The position numbers were made by a program, and so were the translations under genes. Source: Eledone cirrhosa (Eukaryota). Taken from it: a stretch of 64,000 nucleotides of DNA. Numbering within the stretch: the first letter of the stretch is position 1; each line of letters opens with the position of its first letter. The stretch lies in contig OZ024740.1 in NCBI GenBank assembly GCA_964016885.1, forward strand, positions 127,348,001-127,412,000, given 5' to 3'. A model generated the notes under the pieces. It had not been told where the DNA came from and made no database searches. It was given only the letters and a program-made list of their open reading frames with translations. Positions 14,893 to 27,894 of the stretch are shown piece by piece.

Positions 14893-15100
14893 TAATGGTT
14901 TCGGATTTAGGTACAAGGCCGCCAATTTGGGGGAGGGAAAATGTTGCTTAAATCTACTAGTACATTGTTTTATCGACCCCGTAAGGATGAAAGTCAAAGC
15001 TAACCTTGGCGAGATTTCAACTCACAATTTAAAGGGACATAACTCTATGCCATGAATCAGGGTGTCCGATGCTCTCTAGGTTCTGCCAATTCACCGCCCA
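14893..15100 (-). mobile_element. tRNA-derived SINE
   Basis: reverse complement starts gggcggtgaattggcagaa, has a B-box-like gttgaaatc and the shared core ctttcatccttacggggtcgataaa. Confidence 0.8.
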
Positions 15101-15194
15101 TTTATCAATATATAACGAAACATAATCCATAATTTAAACTGTTGAAAAAGAAATGTCAGTATGTATATTTATTTTCAAATATAGTAAATTATGT

Positions 15195-15700
15195 TAGGAA
15201 AAGATTAATAGGTTGAGATTGGTTTGGCGATAGGTCCAGTATTTCTGGAGTGGGAACCGAAGAAGATGTTTCCGATGTCTCATGGGTGTGGTTGTGAATA
15301 TGCTGAAGGAATGAAATTGGTAGGTGTCAATTATTGCTTCAGTTTGTGTGTGAAAAGATGGTATATCAGAGTCATATAGTTTTGGTGTTTGTACACTGAT
15401 GTGTGAGTATTAATGGCAGGCCTTCCATCGGTTTCGACGGTTGAAATCATCAGTACGTTGTATCATGCCGAGTGTGTAGTCCTTGTTTATAGGTATAGGT
15501 ATGTTTTTCAGTGACATGCCTATGCGGTGCTTTTCCATGTTAACGCCGTGCGTTAAGGTTGTTACTCAACCTATTGGTAGCCGTGTATATGGGATAACAA
15601 GTTATCCTTATAGGTAATCCTGTTAGAGTACTCCGCGTCGTGGATAGTTTTAACGTACGGCTTTGTTTGACTCAACAAGATATTTCCATATTAATACAGC
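15195..15700 (-). mobile_element. Penelope (Naiad-type) 5'UTR and ORF N-terminus fragment
   Basis: MEKHRIGMSLKNIPIPINKDYTLGMIQRT from ATG 15538; 5'UTR homologous to 49894-50040. Confidence 0.85.
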
Positions 15701-16239
15701 GAGTTCGCGGTGATTTCTATGCAGGTCACACTTGGAGTAATAATAGTTAAAGAAAGAAGAGTAACATGGTTGGCTGTACGATAAAGGCTTTACTTAAAGT
15801 ACTGACAATTGTTTAGTTGATCAGGTGTGTCTAGAGTTCGCTAATCGCTTGAGGCTGCACAATCGATCTCCAATACATTGCTTACCACTGGTCAACACAT
15901 CAGATCCCGTAGATATGAAAATAATTCATTCGAGGCAAGACTTATATAGAAACTTAGCGTAACACTTCCTCAAAAAACTACTAAAATCTAATTCTACGTA
16001 CACTCTCTAACGCTTTTATTTCTTTTATTTCTTTGTATTCTCCATTTCCTCATTTTCTTCTTATTATTATTGTTTTTTAATGTACCCTATCTTTTACTTT
16101 TTTACATTTGTAACTTCTCTATATATTTACCATGCATGTTTTACTATTGATGTTATTGTTTTAATTATAAGCTATTTTATTGTTGATGTTATTGTTTTGG
16201 TGTTACGCTACTTTTATATATAAGTTAAAAACAAAAAAA

Positions 16240-16900
16240 AACAAAAACAATAACGAAGAGTGCAGTACAAACAGTGTAGGTATTAGATTCACGCTTGAGA
16301 GTGGGTGTGGGGGGCGAGGTTTCGGGTATTAGCCCTTCATCAGGAGAAAAGTGGGAAAGAAAAGATTTCCGAGAGGGAGTTGTGGAAATATATACATACT
16401 AATGTATTTTTGAAATGGTCAACATTAATTTTATGTTGGTTGTTTTTCTTTAATAATAAAGCATTTAATAGTTTTTCTTGCATCAGTTCAATGTTTAAAC
16501 TAATATTTACCTTCTGGATCCCGCTTCAATATTCCTGGTTCAAGCGTTAGTAGTGTGCTGGCTAGGTAGTAAGGCCTATACAATAATATGCAATTAATAT
16601 CAAATCGCATGAGAAGAACTACACAAATATAATTGATTTGTTGTAAAAACAGAAATGAAAATAGTTGGGTGAACATAATCTGGTGTGCGATTCAAAATAA
16701 CTCACTTGAGGATAAAAGGGTAATCAGCTAATTCTTAAAATTGAGTCATTAGTAATATATAATTACTAAATATTAGAAGCAACAATACTAGAAAGATCTG
16801 AAAAGTTAAAACATAGGTAACACATACAAAAAGTAATTGAATGGCCATGATAGAGTTAATTCTAGTCGGTAATTAGAAATACATGCCTCCTTTCTTTGCC
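16240..16900 (-). mobile_element. Penelope-like 3' end with HHR core
   Basis: LLTLEPG.L.RD C-terminal motif; CTGATGA-A-GGG-CTAATA-CCC-GAAA at 16320-16343 (-); stem I not evident. Confidence 0.55.
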
Positions 16901-17010
16901 TCCAGGATTAATTCAGCCGCTTTTATCCATACTCCTTTACACACGAACAGACACACATATATATATATATTTGTATGAATATATATATGTATACACACAC
17001 ACACGCACAC

Positions 17011-17073
<63 letters not shown>

Positions 17074-17074
17074 G

Positions 17075-17970
17075 GAAAATTTGAACAGGAACAAAACAGA
17101 GAGGCAGTACAACGAATGTTTATTAATTTCACGCTCTTGAGAGTGGGGTGGTGGTGGGGTACGATGTTTCGGGCATAAGCCCTTCTTCAGGTGAAAAGTG
17201 TGTGGGAAGAGAGTTCAAAGGGTGTGTAGGGGAGTGGTGGAGAGACATATAGCAAAAAGGGGGTGGGAGGAAACGGTGCAAATGAAATTGAAAATAAAAG
17301 CATGATCAAAATAAAATTAAAATGGGGTAAAACAGGTGGTGGAAGGGTGTGGGGCGTGTAGGGGTGGTGGCGGGTGGAGTGGGGAGAGGGAGACGGGGTG
17401 TCCGAGCGGGGAGGGCTGAAGGTGGTGTGTGTGTGTAGGTGTACGTGTGTGTGTGTGTGTATGTGAAAGCAAGGGTTGGGGGAAGAACGGGGTTGCATGT
17501 TCAGGAAGAGGTGTGTGTGGGGTGGGGTGTAGGTCGGAGTGTGTGTGCGTGTGTGGATAGAGGGGTGGGGGGAGAGGAATCCGGAGGCTGAATGTGTAAA
17601 TATGTGGTGGAATGCACGTGTGTGTGTGGTGTATAAGCGTGTTGTGGGTGTAGGTGGCGTGTGGGGAAAATAAATGATTGGGGTGTATGTGTGGGTGAGT
17701 CATAAAGGTGATTCCGTAAGAAGATGTGGTGGAATGGTTAGTAAAATCCTAGGATGGTAGTTGATTCCGGGGTCAAGATATATATATATATATGCCCGTC
17801 TGCCATCTTCCTTACTGATATCATCCCTACCACTCACCTGTCTGTCAGCCTCCTACTGCTATCTCCACTCTCTCGCATCCTTCGCCTTGACCTTCTTGAC
17901 CACTTCCTGTTTCGCACGCACCGCACCACTGGACACACGCTCCAGACATCCACCCTCTTATACTCGAATT
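17075..17970 (-). mobile_element. Penelope-like 3' end with HHR core, plus a small opposite-strand RT-like fragment
   Basis: CTGAAGA-A-GGGC-TTAT-GCCC-GAAA-CATCG-TA at 17160-17190 (-); tail homologous to 16240-16345; LDPGIN C-terminus-like at about 17750. Confidence 0.55.
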
Positions 17971-18331
17971 TTTCGGCTCATGTGTACATACATTTATAGT
18001 ATTTTGATTATTTATTTGTACGTGTGTGTGTATGTGTGTAGATGTGTATGTGTGAATGTATGCGTGTATGTATGTATATATATATATATATAAACGGAAA
18101 AAATGAAACGAAATTTCATTTCCCACTCTTAGTACGGCTGTTACTTAAATATAAGTATGTACACATACATACATATATGTATACAGACGTACAGTAGTAT
18201 GTATATATATATATATACATACATGCACACATATATATATGAACGTATGGATTCACCGAACATTTATTATAATTCTCGGTGTGTTTGTAAACATATATAT
18301 ATATGTGTGTGTATGTGTATGTGTACGTATT

Positions 18332-18394
<63 letters not shown>

Positions 18395-18807
18395 GTATGT
18401 GTTTATGCATATATATATATTTATATTTGTGTGTATATATCTATGTGTGTGTGTTTATTAATGTTTATATTATATTTATATATGATTAATTTTATGTCTT
18501 TACGTATATAGTTGTGTGTATGCGGTTGTATATGTTTTTTTGTGTATGTATGGTTTTTTTGTATGAGTGTGTTGATTTGTTATAACGTGCGAGTGCGCGC
18601 ACGCATGTTTTTACGAATGAACGTAGGTTATGAACCAATGCTCTTTATTGTAGGCTTTTATGTGCAGGTATGTGGGCGTATTTGTATATTTGGTTGTATG
18701 CATGTTTATATATACGTGTGTATCCGTGTGTATGTGCATGTGTATATGTATTTTTGCACGCATGTTTATGTGTATGTGGATTTGTACGTATGTTTATTTA
18801 ATATTTT

Positions 18808-18857
<50 letters not shown>

Positions 18858-19389
18858 CATATGTGTATGTGTTTTTATTCGTGTGTATGAGTATTCGTGC
18901 ATGTTTCTGTGTGTGTGCGTGCGTATGTATGTATGTGTGTATATATATATATATTATTTTTTTATATATATATTTATGTATATGCACATCTCGTGTATTT
19001 GTTTATTATTTTATTTTGTTGTTATCCCCCCCTCCACTTACTTATCGTTGTCAACACGTATCATTTTGTCTTTTTTTGTTATTGACTTTGTATTTTTTGT
19101 TCTTATTCATTTATTTATTTATTCTTATTACTTCATGTATATGTATGCCCCTGTCTGTCGACACATATACGCTTATGTGAAAAAGTATACGTCTATGTAC
19201 TTTTCAAGTATATGCGTGTGATTGAGTGTGTGTATGTTTATATTCTGGATATTCATTGTTTATATATATATATATTTTTTAATTCTTTTTCCCCACTTCT
19301 TCTTCGCCCGTTTTTTCCTCAGCCCCACTTTTATTATTTCTTAAATTTAGTTGTCAAATCCATATTTATTAAAACACCATGTCTTTTAT

Positions 19390-19448
19390 TCATTCTGACG
19401 ACTGAAAACAGATACAACATCTGCTTTCAAGAAACCACTGGTAAATGA
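19390..19448 (+). ncRNA. type I hammerhead ribozyme
   Basis: TCATT-CTGACGA-cTGAAAaCAGAT(acaac)ATCTGcTTTCAa-GAAA-CCACTGG-TA-AATGA; GUA cleavage triplet. Confidence 0.88.
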
Positions 19449-19542
19449 CATAATTATCTTATGTTGTTTATTACATAACTAATAAACTCTGTAGCCTACA
19501 TAGAGTACTCTTTTTTCCTGTACCTTTACGACGGAATTACTT

Positions 19543-19580
<38 letters not shown>

Positions 19581-19599
19581 TACACATATATATATATAC

Positions 19600-22480
19600 T
19601 TAGGTTAATAGGAGTTAGGTATTGTATACCCGTGTCCCATTAAGGTATTGGCAGCATAATAATTAGCTCTATGCTTTGGAGCAGAGCCGTATATATGACA
19701 AAGAACACAAGAGCGTCTACAACATCAAACATTTTTATTGGCTTACAATGTTTCTTCCTTACGTAACCGTAGGATTCTTCAGAGCTATAAAAGGGGTTTG
19801 ATTGGTGTTATGGACTCTACAAACTAAACATTCAAGAACAAAGAGTAAAGAGATTAAAGAGCAAAAGCAGGGGACAATAAGTCTGATTTTGGTGCGGGAG
19901 GGTGGGGTGTGGGTCCTTGTTTACTAGCTGTGGTCATATTCATTCCCGTGAGTCGAGTGGTTAGTGGAGCCATAGATGGGTGGCACCGATAGTAGGGTGC
20001 AGAGGCTACACACACACAAAGGACATACAATATATATATAACGGGGGAGAAAGTACATGAGGTAATTAGAAATGGAATAAGATTAATAATAATCTATAGT
20101 TAATAATGTATAATAAGGCATAGGGAAGATTACACTATAATAAGGTATAAGAGTAAGAATAAGATAAAATATAAAGGAGGATAAAAATGAAAAAAAGAAT
20201 TAAAAAAAATATATATATATAAAAAATATATAGAGAATATATAAAAAATATAAGCAAGTATTAGAAAGGGAGAAACACAATGTAAAAAAACAGATATCGT
20301 CAAATAAAAATATATTAAATATGGAGGGGGGGGGGAACGGGAGAGAGAAATATAATCATAATGTGATTAGTTGAGAGCATATAAGATGATAATAGTTGTG
20401 TCAAGTTTATACATCTTAATAATAAACAATACATCCTTCAATTCACTTGCAGGTTCAACCCATATGGCATAGTCCATCGCTCATCTGTGCGGTCGTGTGC
20501 GTTTGTGTTTGACCCCACAGCAGATGCACAAGTTCGTAAATGTCAATGCAGATAGGAATCTATTTGTGCTTACCCGGACATTGACGGAGGATCCAATATT
20601 CCTAGTTCATTGCCGACCCAATATGTGTGTGGTGTTATTTTGGTCGCACAAATCAATCACTTGGTCCAATATTATGGAGTATGGTTTTCTGGTCTTCGTT
20701 ACACTATCAGTGGTTGTATATCTCGAAATCAAAAGGATCACAGTACTCCGGTTTGGTGTGATTATCGGTCATCCAACTATGTTGTCGGTGGTTGGATTCA
20801 ATTCTATTGCCCAGAACGTAGAACTTTGGTGTTGATTGAACATTAACGAGGCAGAGTGAGATCGCATCTGCGGTACAAAACGGTACGCAAGGAAATTCTT
20901 CGTCTTCGTTTCATCCGGGTCTAACAGTCACGTACAAGAACCGCTACGTAGTAATTGTGAGGGTAAGCGGTCAAGATAGTAACTGACCGAAAATTCTCCT
21001 GGGAATTCAGACAGGCATGACAGGTACATTTAGGTCAGCAGTTTCTTCATGTGTACGTGTGTCTGATACACACAGACACATATTTATATGTATTTCAACT
21101 AAAAAAATTCAATTGATTCGCTTATTGATATTATATCTCTGTTGCTCCGATGTGCATGTTGTGATGTTCTGGCGTGTCTACCATTCACTGTGTTTTGCCA
21201 TTACCTTGGAATGTGATGTTATGGTCATCAATATTCCGGCAAGCGCATTCCTCTCTTATATTGTGGAGAATGGTGTTCTGGTCCTCAGTAAACATTTGGG
21301 TCAGCTGGAGGGGTGGTGGTTCTCAGTTTCAACTGCGACAATACATATGTGTTACACTACATATCGTGCTCCTTTCGAAGAAGAGTATTATAGGAGGAAT
21401 TCATGCCAAACACCACATGTAGAGAAGACTTCTACAGAAAAAAATTCTCTCTCCGAGAGTTCCTTCCAGATAATATTTCGGCGACACACAGCGAAGTACA
21501 CAATACATAATATATAATATATAACATATAGTGTGTTATTACATGAGTGGATATTCACTTGTATCATACATGAGAGGCAATAGGGAGTGGGGAAGAAGAG
21601 GCCTTGCTTTTATGGTGGAGGTTGGGGTGAACTAGTATAAGAATGCACACCCGCAGACGTTCCCGCATCTGTCTGAGTGTACACATGGACAGCGACGCAC
21701 ACAGTCAAACACGCATATATGTATACATTCATGCACACACAGACGCACGAGCACACACACGCACAGATGATAGAGGCTGGGGTGTATTATTATATATGGC
21801 CATGTGCACAGACATACACACACTCATACCCACCCATAGATGTACGTATGCATACACACACGCACGAGAGGTTGGGGTGTATTAGCACATGGGTAGCTAT
21901 TCCCCCACATGCATGCGTGCACCCACACATGCACACACACATGTATTCGCGCACACAGACACACATACGAGCCCACGCTCATCTACACCCAGGCATATAG
22001 ATCACTACCACACGACACGTATGCATATACACAGACGCGTGGGGGTGAGCGGTTAATATAGCGATATAGGTTTTCCCACAAGATATAGGGCATATGATAT
22101 TGGATCCACAGAATGTGATCATGCCACGGTACTAGCCAGTGCACACATATGGGAACACACATGCGCCTCCTCACTCCCCGACAGACCAGCGCCAACACAC
22201 ATAGGCCCACACACATGTACACACCCGTATTCGATGACATGTACCCACATAGGCGTATTTATGGGGGTCCATAGAGGAGCAAATAAATGAATGAGTCGCA
22301 GGGGAGCCTGCAGTACTACGGGGCGGTCGTGCAGCGCAACTTAAGATGCGGGCTAAGACAAAATGTCTTCCAGCAGTGGTGTAACCTAGATGAGAGTATG
22401 ATATTCTGGTCAGATGTCTACAAACACATTCACATATGCTCACATATAAAGTCCTCACTCCCACACACTCGCACAAACGC
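19600..22480 (-). mobile_element. highly diverged Penelope-derived element
   Basis: HHR at the 3' end followed by a tail into TA; residual CRRNIIW motif at about 21470-21490 (-); no intact ORF. Confidence 0.45.
19741..19785 (-). ncRNA. minimal type I hammerhead ribozyme
   Basis: GCT-CTGAAGA-aTCCTACG(gtta)CGTAAGGAa-GAAA-CATTG-TA-AGC. Confidence 0.72.
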
Positions 22481-22652
22481 ATAATCTTATACCTATATAT
22501 ATATATATTTATAAGGAATTTATATCTAGTAACATTTATATACACACAGATGCATATCAATGCTAGCAAATATATAGGTTTTCTCTTATTAACATTGTGG
22601 TTCAATGCATGCGGAGAGTCCTCGCTATGCCTGGAGACTTACACGGAAAAAG

Positions 22653-22735
22653 ACTTTCCTGATGACGGAATGATTTTCTATATGTTTCTTCGGAAAATAT
22701 ATTTACTCCATTCCAGAAACTAATTAGTTGGAAGT
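22653..22735 (+). ncRNA. type I hammerhead ribozyme
   Basis: ACTTTC-CTGATGA-cGGAATG..CATTCCa-GAAA-CTAATTAG-TT-GGAAGT. Confidence 0.85.
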
Positions 22736-23177
22736 GATTTTTTAGTAAGTAAGTTAATTTTATAATTTTCTTATTTTACGTCTCTCATATTATTGTTCTG
22801 CAACCCCATGCATTGAACCACAATGTTAATAAGGCAAAACCTATATATTTGCTAGCATTGATATGCATCTGTGTGTATATAAATGTTACTAGATATAAAT
22901 TCCTTATAATTATCTCCAATTCATTTGTCGAGCAATATTTGGCCATGACTGCTACTATGGTAGTAGGCTGGCCGCTGTCTTATTAACCACTCGCTTTCCA
23001 CTGATTGACCTCCATGTCACGTGATTGATTCTTTTTGAATTTGCCACAGACGTAGAGGCAGTGATTTTCTCAATGGCTAGGAATCCAGTCCACGCTTAGC
23101 TATTTCCTTTCCACTGAATTATTTTTTAAATAAGTTTCCAGAGTCCTCGCTATGCCTGGAGACTTACACGGAAAAAG

Positions 23178-23259
23178 ACTTTCCTGATGACGGAATGATT
23201 TTCTATATGTTTCTTCGGAAAATATATTTACTCCATTCCAAAACTAATTAGTTGGAAGT
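23178..23259 (+). ncRNA. hammerhead copy lacking G12 (probably inactive)
   Basis: same as 22653-22735 but cattcca-aaac replaces cattcca-gaaac. Confidence 0.65.
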
Positions 23260-23480
23260 GATTTTTTAGTAAGTAAGTTAATTTTATAATTTTCTTATTT
23301 TACGTCTCTCATATATATATATTTATATATATATATATAATAAGGATTTGACGGAGCCAGCATATTTATCAATGCCAGGATCGGTTATATCTCAGCGTAC
23401 TCAATAGGTAATGTAGGATACATTACCAGAGTATACACATAGTTATTCGCTTCAATACAACTCACATAAAATTGGTAGTT

Positions 23481-23585
23481 CCCGGTCGCGAGTTTCGGCC
23501 ACACATAATGCAGCAGTAGGGTGCACTTCACCTTCTGTCTGCATATATTACATGGATAATCGGCGCATGGGGCTTCATCAGCGGG
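23481..23585 (-). ncRNA. degenerate type I HHR in a TA-flanked element (about 23340-23765)
   Basis: CCCG-CTGATGA-aGCC...GGCc-GAAA-CTCGCG-AC-CGGG; U16.1 replaced by A. Confidence 0.6.
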
Positions 23586-23772
23586 TATCGCCTAATCAAT
23601 AACCAATCGATCGACATAATCGAAAACCCCAGCCCATGCCGGCTATGACTGTTTGTGACGGCGGTTGCAGTAAAATTATTAGCAACTGGAATCCGATACA
23701 ATTATGTCCCCCGGCCAGCCACCGATTTAGGAATTTTACGTGGGGGCGGGAGAATAGAAAACAAATATATAA

Positions 23773-23837
<65 letters not shown>

Positions 23838-23843
<6 letters not shown>

Positions 23844-24026
23844 TAACAGATTAAAGTTGAAGCAAAGAATTGCTGCTTTCACCCTTAACGAGATCTTCTG
23901 TAACAAAAGAAATCAATCTGTGAACGCAGAAGTAAATATTTCAGATTGATTTTTTTACTTTCAGAATATCCCGTTAAGGGTGAAAGCAGCGATTCTTTGC
24001 ATAAAAATTAATCTGTTATTTTAATA
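23838..24026. repeat. fold-back of the ~105-bp CAGAAGA/HHR-like cassette
   Basis: 23838-23920 is the reverse complement of 23942-24026. Confidence 0.8.
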
Positions 24027-24109
24027 CATATTTGCTCTAGAATTCTTATATATTTGATATATATTTATCCTTATCGCGCCCCTTTGAATGTTAGTTTTCA
24101 AATTTATTA

Positions 24110-24298
24110 TTATCGGGGATTTGGCAGTATCGGCAGAGCGTCGGACATGCTTTCCAGCATAGTTACGTCCCTTTACGATCTGAGTTCAAATCCGGCCGAG
24201 GTTAACTTTGCCTTTCATCCTTACGGGGTCGATAAAATAAAGTACCAGTAATGTACTGGGTATTTCCTCGCTTGTGCCTAAAATAGAAACAATTATTA
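24110..24298 (+). mobile_element. tRNA-derived SINE (Meta-domain-like core)
   Basis: A-box-like tggcagtatcgg, B box gttcaaatcc, core gaggttaactttgcctttcatccttacggggtcgataaaataaagtacc, (tta) tail. Confidence 0.85.
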
Positions 24299-24376
24299 CT
24301 ATATATATATATATATGTATCTGTGTATATATGTGTGGATGTGGATATATGTATATATATATATATATATATGTAC

Positions 24377-24426
<50 letters not shown>

Positions 24427-24429
<3 letters not shown>

Positions 24430-24533
24430 AACGAGTAGGACCTCTACTCGTTCCTATTACCCACTCTACTTCCTTAAGTATTGGGTGCTTTAGTGCGTTA
24501 TGGTCCACTTGGTTCCTTACCACATTTCCTTCG

Positions 24534-24534
<1 letters not shown>
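24427..24534 (+). mobile_element. truncated member of the 11078 fold-back family
   Basis: ggaacgagtag...ctactcgttcc followed by the same tail ending catttccttcgt. Confidence 0.8.
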
Positions 24535-24587
<53 letters not shown>

Positions 24588-24591
<4 letters not shown>

Positions 24592-25082
24592 ACAGCTAGA
24601 CATCATCAAAAGATAATTCATTCCGAGTCCTTACAAATGTTTCAACAGTAGTTATACAGCCTAGTCATGCTATGTGTAATTGATAGTTAATAATTATTTA
24701 ATTCTCCAATAACTTCCTTTAAGAAATACAAAGGTATTTACATTTTTACCATTCTGCTCTGAGGAAATGGTAGTCACAGCATTTGAAAATTGAGTTTCTG
24801 CAATCAAATAATTATTAATTATCAATTGAACATAGCATGACTGGGCTGTATAACTACTGTTGAAACATTTGTAAGCACTCGGAACAAGTTACCTTTTTAT
24901 GATGACAACTTGTTATTATTCATTCTTTATCTACACTCCGGAATAGAGAAGGATCATAAACTGAACTTTCGCGACTATTCTTCCATAACTCATTGAGTAA
25001 CCCCTCACCGTACGTCAACTCTATCTAGTGTAGTAATTAACCATTACTGCATTCAGGATAACCCTAAGCATTTATTGCATAA

Positions 25083-25085
<3 letters not shown>
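24588..25085 (+). mobile_element. fold-back pLTR-like element with tail, in (TA)n
   Basis: 24588-24700 is inverted relative to 24808-24920; tail to 25085. Confidence 0.8.
24755..24877 (+). ncRNA. type I HHR with ~95-nt stem II domain
   Basis: TGCT-CTGAGGA-AATGGTAGT...ACTACTGTT-GAAA-CATTTG-TA-AGCA. Confidence 0.78.
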
Positions 25086-25179
<94 letters not shown>

Positions 25180-25355
25180 TTATACATTAACAGAGAAAGC
25201 ATTAAGCAAAAGTCCGACCGACTTCCGTCTCACCCACCAAACATTAGGATATACCTTAGTATAATCCCAATTATACGTTTCGGGTGCTAACTATACCTAT
25301 TTTGCAAATAGCCAGTTGTACTATTTTCTATGAGACAATTAAATACATCCCTCTT

Positions 25356-25477
25356 TCCAAACAATCGTTTCATTATAAATTTTCTACAAGTTAGGAAAAT
25401 AATGTCCAGGTTATGTAGAAGCCTACACATAGTCTATAGGAATATATGTAGGTGGGCACTTATAAATCATCAGTGGA
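25356..25477 (-). ncRNA. type I HHR with long stem II
   Basis: TCCA-CTGATGA-tTTATAAg...tTTATAAt-GAAA-CGATTG-TT-TGGA. Confidence 0.78.
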
Positions 25478-26074
25478 TGCCCAACAATATCGATATAAAC
25501 AAAACCCCTACCCATATTAACATTCGGCGAAGGTACCCGTCAGTGTTAGAGTGACCGCCACATTTGAAATTCCAGCAGTCTCACAAAGAGAAATCTCACA
25601 CCGTCACCAAGCGGGAAGGGAAGGTCATTGCAAAACATAAAATAATAAAATAATATGCACGCAGGTCAATTAATTCTGTCAAGAACTTTAACCATGCGTG
25701 AAGAACTCAATTGGATATAAAAAAATAAATATATGCCAGTATTATTTATACATGAATATAGGTATTTTCTCAGGCTAAAAACAGAGACAAGATACCGGAA
25801 AAACAATCAATATTTCATACAAAAAATAAATAAAGAAAATCATGCCTAGAAATATCTAGAAATGTTCAGCTCTGGCCAAATCAAGAGTATAATATTTAAC
25901 ACATTAACAGAGAAAGCTTTAAGCAATACTCCGACCGACTTCCGTCTCACTCAACAACCATTAGGATATACCTTAGTATAATCCCAATTATAGGTTTCGG
26001 GTGCTAACTATACCTATTTTGAGGATAGCCAGTTGTATTATTTTATATGAGACATAATTAAATACATCCCTCTT

Positions 26075-26196
26075 TCCAAACGATCGTTTCATTATAAGTT
26101 TTCTACAAGTAGGGAAAATAATGTCCAGGTTATGTATAAGCCTACACATAGTCTATAGCAATATATGCAAGTGGGTACTTATAAATCATCAGTGGA
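26075..26196 (-). ncRNA. type I HHR with long stem II
   Basis: TCCA-CTGATGA-tTTATAAGT...ACTTATAAt-GAAA-CGATCG-TT-TGGA. Confidence 0.82.
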
Positions 26197-26240
26197 TGCC
26201 CAACAATATCGATATAAAAAAAAAACCCACATATATATAT

Positions 26241-26612
26241 ACAAAATAAAATAATTAAGTCAAGTATTTAAAATTTGGCTTCGTTTATTGAAGATGTACT
26301 TCTATATATATTTCGGGGACAGCCATCATTGGTTGTGACAACTTCAGGCATTCCGAATTGGTGTGGTAGAGACAGGTACACATGTTGTTGAAGTGTTTTA
26401 CTGCGTCAATACTCCGATATGTCCAGCTCCTGGTTGGGTTGTTATTTCTCTGAGGAACTGAAATCATATGAATTCGAACAAACGATTTTCGGCATCATAT
26501 GACACTCTCGCCTCCCAATGGTCAGTTGTGAGATCATTCCTCAGTCAAAAGTCTATAGAAATTTTTCTGAGGCAATACAATCTGTTGTGGTTGTTTTTGT
26601 TAAGTACAGCTG
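26241..26612 (-). repeat. pLTR-like arm, inverted partner of 33295-33660
   Basis: diverged reverse-complement match; degenerate HHR-like core. Confidence 0.75.
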
Positions 26613-27113
26613 ACCTCATTGTGTTGGTAGTGGTAGTGGTGTTAAGGAGTCAGCAGGCAGGTCAGCTTTGGTTCGCTGCTTCTATGTTCAGAAGAATGTG
26701 TGTGGGTTGGCATCGATCCTGCCACCATTTCACATGGTGCGGGGTGCCAAACAGATAAGATAAATTAAATAAAGAAATAAAAAAAAATAATAAAATAAAA
26801 TAAAATAAAATGCGTGTGTTACAACCAATATCAAAGTTTGATACATTTAGAAAATATTGACTGAAGTAGAAAGGCTATGTCAGATTCGGGTAGTGCAAAG
26901 GCTTACAATCCTTACACTATTATGGGGTGGTGCGTTTTAAGAGCAAATGAGACAACGGTGGAGTGTAAAACACCAGAACCTAAGTGTCAAAATCCGGAAA
27001 TGCAGAGGACTGCAGTTCTTATTTCGGCATAATGTACAAATGCGTGTATGTCAACGCACATCGTTGCAAGCACACACGCACAAACACAGGCTCAGGTTCA
27101 TCCCATATGTAAA

Positions 27114-27216
<103 letters not shown>

Positions 27217-27393
27217 GTTATTAGGAGTATTCCAAAGCTTGGTAGAACAAGTTGTGAGGAAAGTTCTCAACATACGTTAAGGTGACTCGACAGGTTGGTA
27301 GGGATTCTGTAGTGGAAACACGAACAAACGAGGAGTGTAATCAGAGAAGAGAAATAGGACGAAGGTAAAGAGTTACAAAAGAATTTAATCCAC

Positions 27394-27494
27394 GTATTAA
27401 CAATTGTTTCATCAGAATTTCAGTCCATTATTGCTACACTATGTTATAATAGGCAATCAAGAAAGATACTGTAGCATCCGAATTTTCGAAATAC
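27394..27494 (-). ncRNA. variant HHR (U3-C4...A8 core)
   Basis: reverse complement of 30658-30758. Confidence 0.6.
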
Positions 27495-27573
27495 AAAGTT
27501 GGAATGACCTTAGGAAATGAAATAAGGGGTAGTAGTGTAAGATAGAGGAACAGAGAGAGAGAGGGGCAAAAGA

Positions 27574-27640
<67 letters not shown>

Positions 27641-27894
27641 GATAGAGGTAGGGAGAGAAAGAGAAAGAGATAGTGTGGTGTGAGAGGATTTGTAAGGGAG
27701 GGGGAGGAGGCTTGTGTGCTAAAAGTTGTGATGAGTAGAGGGAGAGAGAAGGAAGATAGAATTTTAAGAGGCATTTGGAAGTGGACAGGCGAAAGTCTTA
27801 CCAGAGAACAGATGAAGGAAGAAAGTATTAAATTTCATATATAGTCTATTTTTAGGGGTGTAGAATTGTTTTTAGGGTAGAAAAATAGGTAGTG

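Larger units (their letters stand above)
22510..23311 (+). mobile_element. ORF-less HHR tandem element (525-nt unit), diverged relative of 9281-10360
   Basis: 22616-22790 is repeated at 23141-23311; 22510-22610 is an inverted copy of 22808-22908; TA flanks. Confidence 0.85.
25175..26230 (-). mobile_element. ORF-less HHR tandem element, 719-nt unit (about 1.5 units)
   Basis: about 25183-25510 is repeated at 25901-26230; same family as 39914-40816. Confidence 0.85.

Noticed and set aside
24110-24200. tRNA gene
   Set aside because: A/B boxes belong to a SINE head; no cloverleaf
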